DNA of 64,000 nucleotides from Alphaproteobacteria bacterium (GTDB lineage: Bacteria > Pseudomonadota > Alphaproteobacteria > UBA828), in contig CBDEFM010000002.1 in the NCBI GenBank assembly GCA_965237415.1, forward strand, positions 2,144,001-2,208,000, written 5' to 3'. A model generated the notes under the pieces. The model had not been told where the DNA came from, made no database searches, and saw only the letters and a program-made list of their open reading frames with translations. Of the stretch, positions 10,487-18,651 are shown one piece after another. Both the position numbers and the translations under genes were made by a program. Positions within the stretch are counted from its first letter, which is position 1, and each line of letters starts with the position of its first letter.

Positions 10487-11386
10487 TCACGGTCCTTTTT
10501 CCTCGGGGCCTTGCGGGAATTCTTGATCGTCCCAGGTATATCCCTTGCGCAGGTGCTCAAGCGTCGAGATCCGCTGGCGGGTGGCGTCGCCGAGCCGACC
10601 CACGATCCCTGCGACCAGCGCCTCGACCAGCGCAATACAGGGCACCAGGGTGTCGTAGGGCGAGGGGGCATCTATATCTACCGTCAGCACCTGGTCGGCG
10701 AGATCGGCGATGGGGGAGAGCCATGGGTCAGTAATGAGCACGATCGTGCCGCCCCGCTTCTTGGCGGCCTCGGCAAGAGCGATCGTATCCTTCTGATAAC
10801 GGCGCACATCGAACATCACGACCACGTCCCGACGACAAACGTCGAGCAGGGCATCGGCCCTTCCCTGAGGGGTGTAGGCGATGACGCGCGCGCGGGGACG
10901 CAGCTGGTAGAGGTGGGCGTGCAACATCTCTGCACAGGCTTGCGTGAAGCGCCCCCCGCTGGTGTAGACCGTCCGCCGACGGTCCGCGAGAAGGGCGACC
11001 ACCTCATCGAACTCGCCCCGGGGCAGGTTGGCGAAGGTCGATTTGACACTGTGGATGAAGGAATCGCCGGCGATGTCGAGGAGATGTTCGCGGCGTTGCT
11101 CAGGCGGGCTCCGACCATAGAGGCGAAGCGGCGAATCGATGCGCGCGGCCACGTCGCGCTCGAGTGCGCGTTGGAATTCGGCATAGCCGGCGAAGCCGAT
11201 CTTGCTCGCGAACCGCAAGACTGTCGGCCCGCTCACGCCCGAGCGCGCGGCAAGCCCTGCCACGGTGTCGAATCCCGCCATCAGGTTGCTGGCAAACAGC
11301 GCTCTGGCCACCCGCCTCTCTGCCGGTGTCAGGTCGGCCGTCCGCTGGTGGATGAGATCTCCGAGAGTCGTGCCGGGATCGGTCAT
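10487..11386 (-). CDS. MurR/RpiR-family transcriptional regulator
   Basis: LTPAERRVA...LAARSGVSGPTVLRFA.KIGF.GY.EFQ HTH plus SIS domain (ITDPWLSP). Confidence 0.9.
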   Translation of the reverse strand: MTDPGTTLGDLIHQRTADLTPAERRVARALFASNLMAGFDTVAGLAARSGVSGPTVLRFASKIGFAGYAEFQRALERDVAARIDSPLRLYGRSPPEQRREHLLDIAGDSFIHSVKSTFANLPRGEFDEVVALLADRRRTVYTSGGRFTQACAEMLHAHLYQLRPRARVIAYTPQGRADALLDVCRRDVVVMFDVRRYQKDTIALAEAAKKRGGTIVLITDPWLSPIADLADQVLTVDIDAPSPYDTLVPCIALVEALVAGIVGRLGDATRQRISTLEHLRKGYTWDDQEFPQGPEEKGP

Positions 11387-11399
11387 GGCTGGCCCCACG

Positions 11400-11434
11400 T
11401 GTAATACCTATTATATTTCTGGCCACCTATTACA
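11400..11434. promoter_or_regulatory. Candidate RpiR autoregulatory operator
   Basis: tgtaatacctattata...tattaca immediately upstream of rpiR; resembles the palindromes at 3570-3625. Confidence 0.4.
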
Positions 11435-11699
11435 CGACTGTGAGAAATTTCAATGTTCTGATCCTGTGTCCCAATGGCGTGAACGCCGACCCGAGGGCGT
11501 GATTCAGCACTCAGATCAGGACTCGCAAGTCACTTCGGTCGACTTCGGCATGCGTTGCCGAGCCTCCGGCGTCCGTCCGTTCACCGGGTCGGTCGGAGCG
11601 GTTAGATGCGGCGGGAAAGCGCCGAGCAGGCGGTGACCTTGGGGGCCCAAGAGGCCTATCCTTGCGAGTTGAGCGGCGCGTGACCCGCCAACATCTTGG

Positions 11700-11935
11700 G
11701 TATCGATCCCCTCCCGGTGCCGTGTCGCGGCAGGATAGATGGTCTCCCGCTCCGGCCGGTCGTCGACCAGCAGGAAGGCCCGGTCGACGGTCAGCCCCTG
11801 GGCCGAGGCGATGGTCATCGCATAGCCGTAGTCGAGGCGGATGTTGTCGTGAAAGTCGCGGATCTCGTCGTGCTGGAACCTCACCTACCGCCCGTCGTCG
11901 GTGCGGGCGGTGATAACAACGGAGGGCTGTCGGGT
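11700..11935 (-). pseudogene. Fragment of a TraA-like conjugative relaxase/helicase C-terminal domain
   Basis: RLDYGYAMTIASAQGLTVDRAF...YPAATRHR matches the RecD/TraA helicase motifs GYA.T.H.AQG.TVD and Y.A.TR.R; no start or rest of gene; boundaries approximate. Confidence 0.7.
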
Positions 11936-12110
11936 CGCTGCGAACGGACTATCTGATGGGTTCTCAGTCACCCGTCCGGCCCATCCCGGCTTGGCCGAAG
12001 GCTTGCAAACGAGCCGCCGTCTATCGCGGATCCGTAGTCTGGAAGTACCTGGACGGACCTGCAGAGAGATTCCTTGTGATTCCCAATCACGGATCAAAGC
12101 AAGTGGGACA

Positions 12111-12152
12111 AAGAAAAACGCCTCTAACGGGCTGACTTAGATGCGTTTTCTT
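12111..12152. terminator. Imperfect hairpin flanked by A/T tracts directly 3' of the tRNA fragment
   Basis: aagaaaaacgcctctaa-cgggctgac-ttagatgcgttttctt inverted repeat. Confidence 0.5.
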
Positions 12153-12197
12153 TGGTTGCGGGGGTAGGATTTGAACCTACGACCTTCAGGTTATGAG
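12153..12197 (-). mobile_element. att-like site: 3' half of a tRNA-Met(CAT), from the anticodon loop to CCA
   Basis: Reverse complement CTCATAACCTGAAGGTCGTAGGTTCAAATCCTACCCCCGCAACCA has the anticodon loop, T-arm GTTCAAATC and CCA; 5' half absent; 8 bp from the integrase stop codon. Confidence 0.88.
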
Positions 12198-12205
12198 AAA
12201 GAGAA

Positions 12206-13405
12206 TCAAACAGCATCCGAGCGCACCTTTTCCTCCAGGAGATGGGCGCCGATGCTGGCTGCAATCCTGGCAGCTGAGTCCCTGACCGAGTCTCGCGTCA
12301 GGTGGGCGTAGCGAGCCGTGGTCTCTACCTGTGTGTGCCCGAGTAGCTTTCCGATCACCGGCAGGCTCTCCCCGAGAGCCAGCGCTCGGCTGGCGAAGGA
12401 GTGCCTGAGATCGTGAAGTCGCACATCCTCCAATCCCGCTCGCTTTCGCACAATCTCCCACGGGTCGTTGACGTTCCGCATGTGCGTCCCCGGCTTCTTG
12501 CCGGGGATCACCCAGGGACTGCCAGAAAGACGCGGTAGAGTCGCCAGCACTTGTACCGCCGCCGGAGACAATGGAACGGCGCGCGCACCTGTCTTGGTGT
12601 CCTTCAAGTTAAGCTCGCCCGCATCGAGATCGACGCCTTTCCACCGAAGCGTCAGGATCTCATTGCGGCGGCACCCCGTCAGCATCAGCAGCCGGATCGC
12701 TGCAACCGCGTATGCCGACACTCCGCCCTCCGTCTCCGCCTCGACAAGCACCCGTCCCAGACGACGAAACTCCTCCTCGGTCAGGAAGCGCTCGCGCCTG
12801 CGCTCCTTGTACTTGACAGCGGACCGGCAAGGATTGCGTCCCTCCGGAACCACTCCCCAAGCTTCGGCCATACCGTACACGCGCGACAGTGTATCCACGA
12901 CCCGATTGGCCATGGTGGGGACCTCCCGCAACTTGTAATGCAGGTTGGCGACATGCTCTCGCTCAATCTCCGCCAGGGGCATGTCGCCAAGCGCGGGCAG
13001 GATGTGCTTCTCGATGGTCAGACGGTACATCTCCGCCGTCCTCGCCTTGCAGCGTACTGCAACATGCTCGTCGAGATAGCGCGCCGCGATCTCGGCCACC
13101 GTCGGCCCGCCCTTCGGCTTCGACGCCATCGGCTCGGCGATGGGCTCCTCTCCCGCCTTGATCCGGGCGATGATCAGGGCTGCCCGACGACGTGCCTGGT
13201 CAGCGGTGATGACCCCATGTCTGCCGACCGTGACCCGCTTCGGCCCGTCGGGCCCTCGAGTCTGCACGACGTAGTACTTGCTGCCAGACGCATAGACCCG
13301 CACACCGAAGCCCGTCAGCTCGCGGTCCCAGAACACCGTGTCCTTCTCGACTTCGAGCGCCTCCACCGTGCGCCTGGAGATCGTCGTGTTGTGCAGCTTT
13401 GCCAC
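12206..13405 (-). CDS. Tyrosine recombinase/integrase with N-terminal arm-binding domain (copy 1)
   Basis: FWDRELTGFGVRV arm domain; catalytic TGCRRNE, DTKTG, HDLRHSFAS, LLGH...TTARY. Confidence 0.93.
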   Translation of the reverse strand: MAKLHNTTISRRTVEALEVEKDTVFWDRELTGFGVRVYASGSKYYVVQTRGPDGPKRVTVGRHGVITADQARRRAALIIARIKAGEEPIAEPMASKPKGGPTVAEIAARYLDEHVAVRCKARTAEMYRLTIEKHILPALGDMPLAEIEREHVANLHYKLREVPTMANRVVDTLSRVYGMAEAWGVVPEGRNPCRSAVKYKERRRERFLTEEEFRRLGRVLVEAETEGGVSAYAVAAIRLLMLTGCRRNEILTLRWKGVDLDAGELNLKDTKTGARAVPLSPAAVQVLATLPRLSGSPWVIPGKKPGTHMRNVNDPWEIVRKRAGLEDVRLHDLRHSFASRALALGESLPVIGKLLGHTQVETTARYAHLTRDSVRDSAARIAASIGAHLLEEKVRSDAV

Positions 13406-13459
13406 GCCGCCACTCCGTCGCCTTGGTTCTGTCCCGTCGATTGTCCGAACCCGTCTACC

Positions 13460-14644
13460 CTACGCCGCAGCCGCATCCTCCGGCATGATGTCGACGCCGA
13501 TGCTGCCGCCGACCTTGGCAGCCGATGCCCTCTCGGTGTCCCGTGCCAAATGAGCGTAGCGGGCGGTGGTCCCGATCTTGGAATGACCCAACAGCCGGCC
13601 GATCATGCTCAGGCTTTCGCCCAGCGCCAGCGCGCGGCTCGCATATGAATGCCGGAGGTCATGGATCCGAACGTCATCCAGCCCGGCCTTCGCCCGCAGA
13701 CGCCGCCACGCCTCGTCCACGTTCGACAGATGAGCGCCCGGTTTCCTGCCGGCGATCACCCAGGGGTTGCCGGGAACGCGCGGGATGCCGGCGAGTACGT
13801 CTTCAACCGTGGGCGTCAGCGGGATCATGCGCGCGCCCGTCTTGGAATCGCGCAACCGGAACTCTCCCGCCGTCCGGTCTACATCGTCCCACCGCAGCGT
13901 GGCGATTTCGTTGCGCCGACAGCCGGTCAAGATCAGCAAGCGGATCGCATGGATCGAATAGGGCCAGACCGAGCCATCTGCCTCGGCCTCATCCAGCACT
14001 CGGCCGAGGCGGCGGTACTCGTCTTCCGTCAGGAACCGCTCGCGCTTATGCTTCTTGTACATGCGCACGGACCGACAGGGATTCATGCCAGGCGGTGCCA
14101 GTCCCCACGCCTCGGCCAGCGAGAACAGCTTGGACAGCACGTTCAGGACATGGTTGGCCTGATAGGGCTTGTCGCGGAGCTTGTAGTGCAGCGCCATGAC
14201 CTGCGCGCGGTCCACCGCGCCGATGGCAAGCGAGCCCAGCTCGGGCACGATGTAGGAATAGAGCGCATGCCGATAGAGCTCCACGGTCTTCGGACGGCAG
14301 TTCACCTTCACATGCCCGCTCATGCAGCGCTCCGCCAGGTCGGCCACCGTGAGCTCGGGCGCCGGCGGAGCGGGGACCGGATCCATGCCACGCTTAATGC
14401 GGTCGATGATCGTCGCCGCTTCCTTGCGGGCCTGCTCGGCGGCGATATCGCCGTGCCGGCCGATGGTCACGCGCTTCGGGCCGCTCGGTCCGCGCGTCTG
14501 CACGACGTAGGTCTTTCGCCCCGTACGATGGACCCTCACCCCGAAACCGGGGAGATCGCAATCCCAGAAGACGGCATCCTTGCTCTTGACGCGGAGGCCG
14601 TCCACGCTGCGTTTGGAGATCTTGAGCTGGCTCCTCTTCGGCAT
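13460..14644 (-). CDS. Tyrosine recombinase/integrase with N-terminal arm-binding domain (copy 2)
   Basis: FWDCDLPGFGVRV; TGCRRNE, DSKTG, HDLRHSYAS, LLGH...TTARY; clear paralogue of copy 1. Confidence 0.93.
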   Translation of the reverse strand: MPKRSQLKISKRSVDGLRVKSKDAVFWDCDLPGFGVRVHRTGRKTYVVQTRGPSGPKRVTIGRHGDIAAEQARKEAATIIDRIKRGMDPVPAPPAPELTVADLAERCMSGHVKVNCRPKTVELYRHALYSYIVPELGSLAIGAVDRAQVMALHYKLRDKPYQANHVLNVLSKLFSLAEAWGLAPPGMNPCRSVRMYKKHKRERFLTEDEYRRLGRVLDEAEADGSVWPYSIHAIRLLILTGCRRNEIATLRWDDVDRTAGEFRLRDSKTGARMIPLTPTVEDVLAGIPRVPGNPWVIAGRKPGAHLSNVDEAWRRLRAKAGLDDVRIHDLRHSYASRALALGESLSMIGRLLGHSKIGTTARYAHLARDTERASAAKVGGSIGVDIMPEDAAAA

Positions 14645-14954
14645 GGCCCTTCCCGAACCTCAAATTCTGTGTTCCGGCATGCGGCGCGGGCGTGTAATCA
14701 ATCTGCATACGACCGCAATCGAGTCAGGGCTCATTCAAGCGGACCCGTGTCCTCGACGCAAGGGGTTTCTGATGGCGATGAGGGAGAATATTTGCGTAAT
14801 ATCAGCAGTCTATCGCACTACAGCGTATCCAACTGCGTTCGTGACATACCCACACAAGCTTACACCATCTGTGTCGCGTCCAGGCGTTCGATCCGCCAGG
14901 AGCGGGCCGAAAAGCGTAGCGGGGACTACGGTTGAGGCTCGCGACGCCGCGGGC

Positions 14955-15235
14955 GGGCGCTCGATCACGATGGGATTGGCTGCCATGAGGTCGATCAACG
15001 CGCGGCGGGAGAGGCTTTCGTCGGCCATGCCGGCCTCACGGTAGGCGGCCTCCTTCCCCCGCATCGCCGCGCGAGGCTCCAGGCGGAGCTTCGAGAGCAC
15101 GGCATCGATCTCGTCGGCGGACGGCGGTGTCTTCAGATAGTCCACGATTTCCGGCTCGATGCCCCGGTCCCGCAACAACTGCAATGCTTGACGGGACTTG
15201 GAGCAGCGCGGGTTGTGGTAAATAGTCACCGCCAT
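14955..15235 (-). pseudogene. arsC: ArsC-family (glutaredoxin-type) arsenate reductase, C-terminally truncated
   Basis: GGGAGGG RBS; MAVTIYHNPRCSKSR...NPIVIERP, then unrelated sequence instead of the usual IVV....IGRPPE tail; frame continues to a stop at 14810. Confidence 0.75.
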
Positions 15236-15257
15236 GTCGTCCCTCCCGGTGAATCGC

Positions 15258-17669
15258 ATGGCGGCGGGACTCTGGCACGCGCTTCTGCCGGGTGTCCAGA
15301 GGCCGGCCCTGCACGCCCCGCGCGCACTCGTCGCGGCGGCGGCGCTGCTGCTGGCGGCCCTATGGCTCGCGGCGAGCGCACCGGCGCTCGCGCAGGAGAG
15401 CACGACTAGCGCCGACGCGGCCGATGCCCAGGCCCTCGAGAACCTGGTCGAGACCCTCGAATCGCCGGAGCAGCGAGAACGGTTCCTCGCCGACCTGAAG
15501 GCCGCGCTCGCAGCCCAGCAGGCGGCGGCGGAGAGCGAGGACGCGGAGGGCGCGTCCGCCATGCGCGCGATCTCCGACGGCGTCGCCGTGCTCGGCAAGC
15601 ATATTGTCGAGCTCGCGCGGGAGATCGCGGGCATTCCGGATGCCATCGCCTGGCTCATCGAGCACTGGGGCGAGCCCGACGAGCGCGACGCCTGGCTGAT
15701 CTCCTTCGGCAAGCTCGTCGCCGTCCTCGCCGGCGGGATAATCGCCGGCTTGATCGCCTTCTACGCGCTGACCGCGCTCAGGCGCCGGGTGGAGCGGCGG
15801 GAGGCGCCCTCCCCCTGGCTCCGGCCGCTGCTGCTGCTCTATCACGCCCTGCTCAGGGCGGCGCCCAACCTGATCGCGGCCGGCGTGGCCTACGGCGTCC
15901 TCACAGTCATCGCGCCGGGCGATGCTGTGCGGGTGATCGCGCTCGCGATCATCAACGCCCACCTGATCGTGAGCGTCGTCAAGGCGGCGGGCACCCTGGT
16001 TCTCGCGCCCTACGCGCCGCAGCTCCGCCTCGCCCCGCTCACGGACGAGAACGCCGCCTACTGCTCGGTCTGGTGGCGGCGTCTGGTGAACATCGGGGCC
16101 TACGGCTACGTCTTCTGCCAGGCGGCGCTGCTGCTGGGCCTGCCGGAGAGCGGCTATGCCGCGCTGGTGCGGCTGCTTGGCATCCTCCTGGTCGGGCTCC
16201 TCATCACTCTCATCCTGCAGAACCGCGCGCCGCTCGCGCGCTGGCTGCACGAGACCGGGCGGACCAGCGGCACGCGGGCGCACCTCAGGGTCTTTGCCTT
16301 TCTCGGCAAGCTCGCCGATTTCTGGCACATCCCGGCGATCCTCTACGTCGTCGCCGGCGGGCTGCTGGCGGCTGCGGAGGGGCCGGCGGGCTTCCTCTTC
16401 CTGATCAAGGGGAGCGCCGCGACGATCGTCATCGCCTGGGCGACGGGCTTCGGCTTCGCCGGGGTCCGGCGTGGCTTCGAGCGGGGCTTCCGCATCCGCG
16501 CCGAGCTCCGCGAGCGCAATCCGGGGCTTCAGGCGCGGGTCAACCGCTACCTGCCGGTCGCGCGCCGGACGGCGCAGGCGGTGATCCTGCTGCTGGGGCT
16601 CTGCCTCATCCTCGAAGCATGGAACGCCGACATCTTCACCTGGCTCGCGAGCGACACGGGCCGGGCCGTGATCGCCACCCTCGCCTCCATCGTCGCCATC
16701 GCCGTCATCGCCGTCATCGTGCTGGAGGTGGTAACGACTCTCGTCGACCGCTACCTCACTCAAGTCGACGAGAGGGGCGAGCTGGTGGAGAGAAGCCAGC
16801 GCGCCCGCACGTTGCTGCCGCTCGCGCGCAACGCGCTCCGCGTCGTCGTCGGCGTGATCGCGGCCCTGATGATCCTCTCCGAGATCGGCCTCGACATCGC
16901 GCCCGTGCTCGCCGGCGTGGGCGTCGCCGGCCTCGCCATCGGCTTCGGCGCGCAGACCCTGGTGAAGGACATCATCACCGGGCTCTTCATCCTGCTGGAG
17001 GACAGTGTCGCCGTCGGCGATGTCGTGACTGCCGGCAGCCATACCGGCACGGTCGAGGCGATCACGATCCGCACGATCCGGATGCGGGACCTGCAGGGCC
17101 ACGTGCATACCGTGCCCTACAGCTCGGTCGACACGATCTCCAACATGACCAAGGAGTTCTCCTACTACCTGATCGACATGGGCGTGGCCTATCGCGAGGA
17201 CTACGACGAGGTGGTGGCGGTCATGCGCGAGGTGGGCGCGGCGCTGCAGCAGGACCCCGAGTTCGGCCCCAACATGCTGGAGCCGCTGGAGATCATGGGC
17301 CTCAACAGCTTCGGCGATTCGGCCGTCATGGTCCGCGCCCGGCTCAAGACCAAGCCGCTCAAGCAATGGGCGACCGGGCGGGAATACAACCGCCGCCTCA
17401 AGGCCGCCTTCGACGCACACGGCATCGAGATCCCCTTCCCGCACACCACGATCTACTTCGGCGAAGACAAGCAGGGGCAGGCACCCGCAGGCCGGGTGGT
17501 TATCGAGGATGCAAGGGGGAGCACGGACGCCTCCGCCCCGCCCCACTCTGCCGCTGACGCAGAGGGGGAGAGACGGGCGAAGCAGCGTGACCGCACGCCG
17601 CGCGACCGGATCGGCGATGGACCGGAAGACGCAGGGGGGAGCGGTTCGGGCGACGACGCGCCCGGCTAG
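15258..17669 (+). CDS. Large MscS-family mechanosensitive channel
   Basis: Signal peptide, many TM helices, GVAGLAIGFGAQTLVKD..TG, GTVEAI.IR...RD..G, IEIPFP; start uncertain. Confidence 0.88.
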   Translation: MAAGLWHALLPGVQRPALHAPRALVAAAALLLAALWLAASAPALAQESTTSADAADAQALENLVETLESPEQRERFLADLKAALAAQQAAAESEDAEGASAMRAISDGVAVLGKHIVELAREIAGIPDAIAWLIEHWGEPDERDAWLISFGKLVAVLAGGIIAGLIAFYALTALRRRVERREAPSPWLRPLLLLYHALLRAAPNLIAAGVAYGVLTVIAPGDAVRVIALAIINAHLIVSVVKAAGTLVLAPYAPQLRLAPLTDENAAYCSVWWRRLVNIGAYGYVFCQAALLLGLPESGYAALVRLLGILLVGLLITLILQNRAPLARWLHETGRTSGTRAHLRVFAFLGKLADFWHIPAILYVVAGGLLAAAEGPAGFLFLIKGSAATIVIAWATGFGFAGVRRGFERGFRIRAELRERNPGLQARVNRYLPVARRTAQAVILLLGLCLILEAWNADIFTWLASDTGRAVIATLASIVAIAVIAVIVLEVVTTLVDRYLTQVDERGELVERSQRARTLLPLARNALRVVVGVIAALMILSEIGLDIAPVLAGVGVAGLAIGFGAQTLVKDIITGLFILLEDSVAVGDVVTAGSHTGTVEAITIRTIRMRDLQGHVHTVPYSSVDTISNMTKEFSYYLIDMGVAYREDYDEVVAVMREVGAALQQDPEFGPNMLEPLEIMGLNSFGDSAVMVRARLKTKPLKQWATGREYNRRLKAAFDAHGIEIPFPHTTIYFGEDKQGQAPAGRVVIEDARGSTDASAPPHSAADAEGERRAKQRDRTPRDRIGDGPEDAGGSGSGDDAPG

Positions 17670-17803
17670 CGCGTGCTTCCACCGCCGTCGGGACAATCCC
17701 AGCGGCGGCCCGGAGAACTACAAGGTGGGCGACGGTGCAGGACGTGACGGGGGAAGAGGGGCCGGCAAACGTGCCTCGTCGTGCGGCGGCATCGCGCGCA
17801 GCG

Positions 17804-17834
17804 TTGACTTTGGTAGGCCATTGACCTACATCAT
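17804..17834 (+). promoter_or_regulatory. Putative TA promoter with operator palindrome
   Basis: TTGACT at 17804; gtagg-N7-cctac palindrome at 17813-17829 just upstream of the toxin ATG. Confidence 0.5.
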
Positions 17835-17837
17835 GCC

Positions 17838-18119
17838 ATGGAAGTCGAATGGGACGATGCCAAGAGCGATGCCTGTCTCGCGCAGCGCGGCTTCGATTTT
17901 GCCCACGCCATCCGCGCCTTTCTGGATGACGACCGGATCGTCGGCCGGGACCGCCGTTGGGACTACGGCGAGGACCGCTATCGGCTGCTCGGGGCGGTAG
18001 AGGGTCGCGTGTTCGTCGTGATCTACACCGTGCGCGGTTCGGCCATCCGCATCATTTCGGCGCGCAAAGCCAACGGCAAGGAGGTTCGGGAGTATGAGCA
18101 GAACACGCGTCAGGATTGA
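17838..18119 (+). CDS. BrnT-family toxin
   Basis: MEVEWDDAKS...RGFDFA..., DYGEDRY..LG, VVIYT.R...IRIISARKAN.KE. Confidence 0.9.
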   Translation: MEVEWDDAKSDACLAQRGFDFAHAIRAFLDDDRIVGRDRRWDYGEDRYRLLGAVEGRVFVVIYTVRGSAIRIISARKANGKEVREYEQNTRQD

Positions 18120-18429
18120 CCCGGACAATCCGCGCAGCCTTCCTCCGGGACGGGTCGATCATGCGGTGCTGGACGCGACGACCGAGGAGGATATCGCGCG
18201 GCAGGCGCGCGATGACGACGCCGAGGCGATGCAGGATATGGCGCGGTTTGCCCGTCGGGTGCGCAGGCGCCTGGGGCTGACACAGGTAGAGTTCGCTCGC
18301 CGCATCGACGTGCCGCACGAGACGATCCGCAACTGGGAGCAAGGCAAACGCGGGCCCACGGGCGCTGCCAGGGCCTTGCTCAGGATTCTCGACAAAGCGC
18401 CCGAGACGGCCCTGCGCGTGCTCGACTGA
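18094..18429 (+). CDS. XRE-family HTH antitoxin
   Basis: Overlaps toxin; RRRLGLTQVEFARRIDVPHETIRNWEQGKRGPTGAARALL. Confidence 0.88.
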   Translation: MSRTRVRIDPDNPRSLPPGRVDHAVLDATTEEDIARQARDDDAEAMQDMARFARRVRRRLGLTQVEFARRIDVPHETIRNWEQGKRGPTGAARALLRILDKAPETALRVLD

Positions 18430-18651
18430 CTTCCGGGAATTGCGCTCCGCTCCGCCTCGTCATTCTGGCCAGGCTCGCATCGCGCTGGACGCCGGCCGTC
18501 CAGGCCGCAGACCCGGTACGATCCTTCAACTCTTCAAACAGAGGCGTGATCCGCCGGGCCAGCGCGTTGACTTGGGCGCAATGCAGCCGCATCGTGCGCC
18601 GCGCACTTGAGCTGGCGCGGCGGGAGAGATCGCGCCCTGGAAGGGGACTCC

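Noticed and set aside
12153-12197. Intact tRNA-Met gene
   Set aside because: Only the anticodon loop to CCA is present; the D-arm and 5' acceptor strand are replaced by the integrase 3' end.
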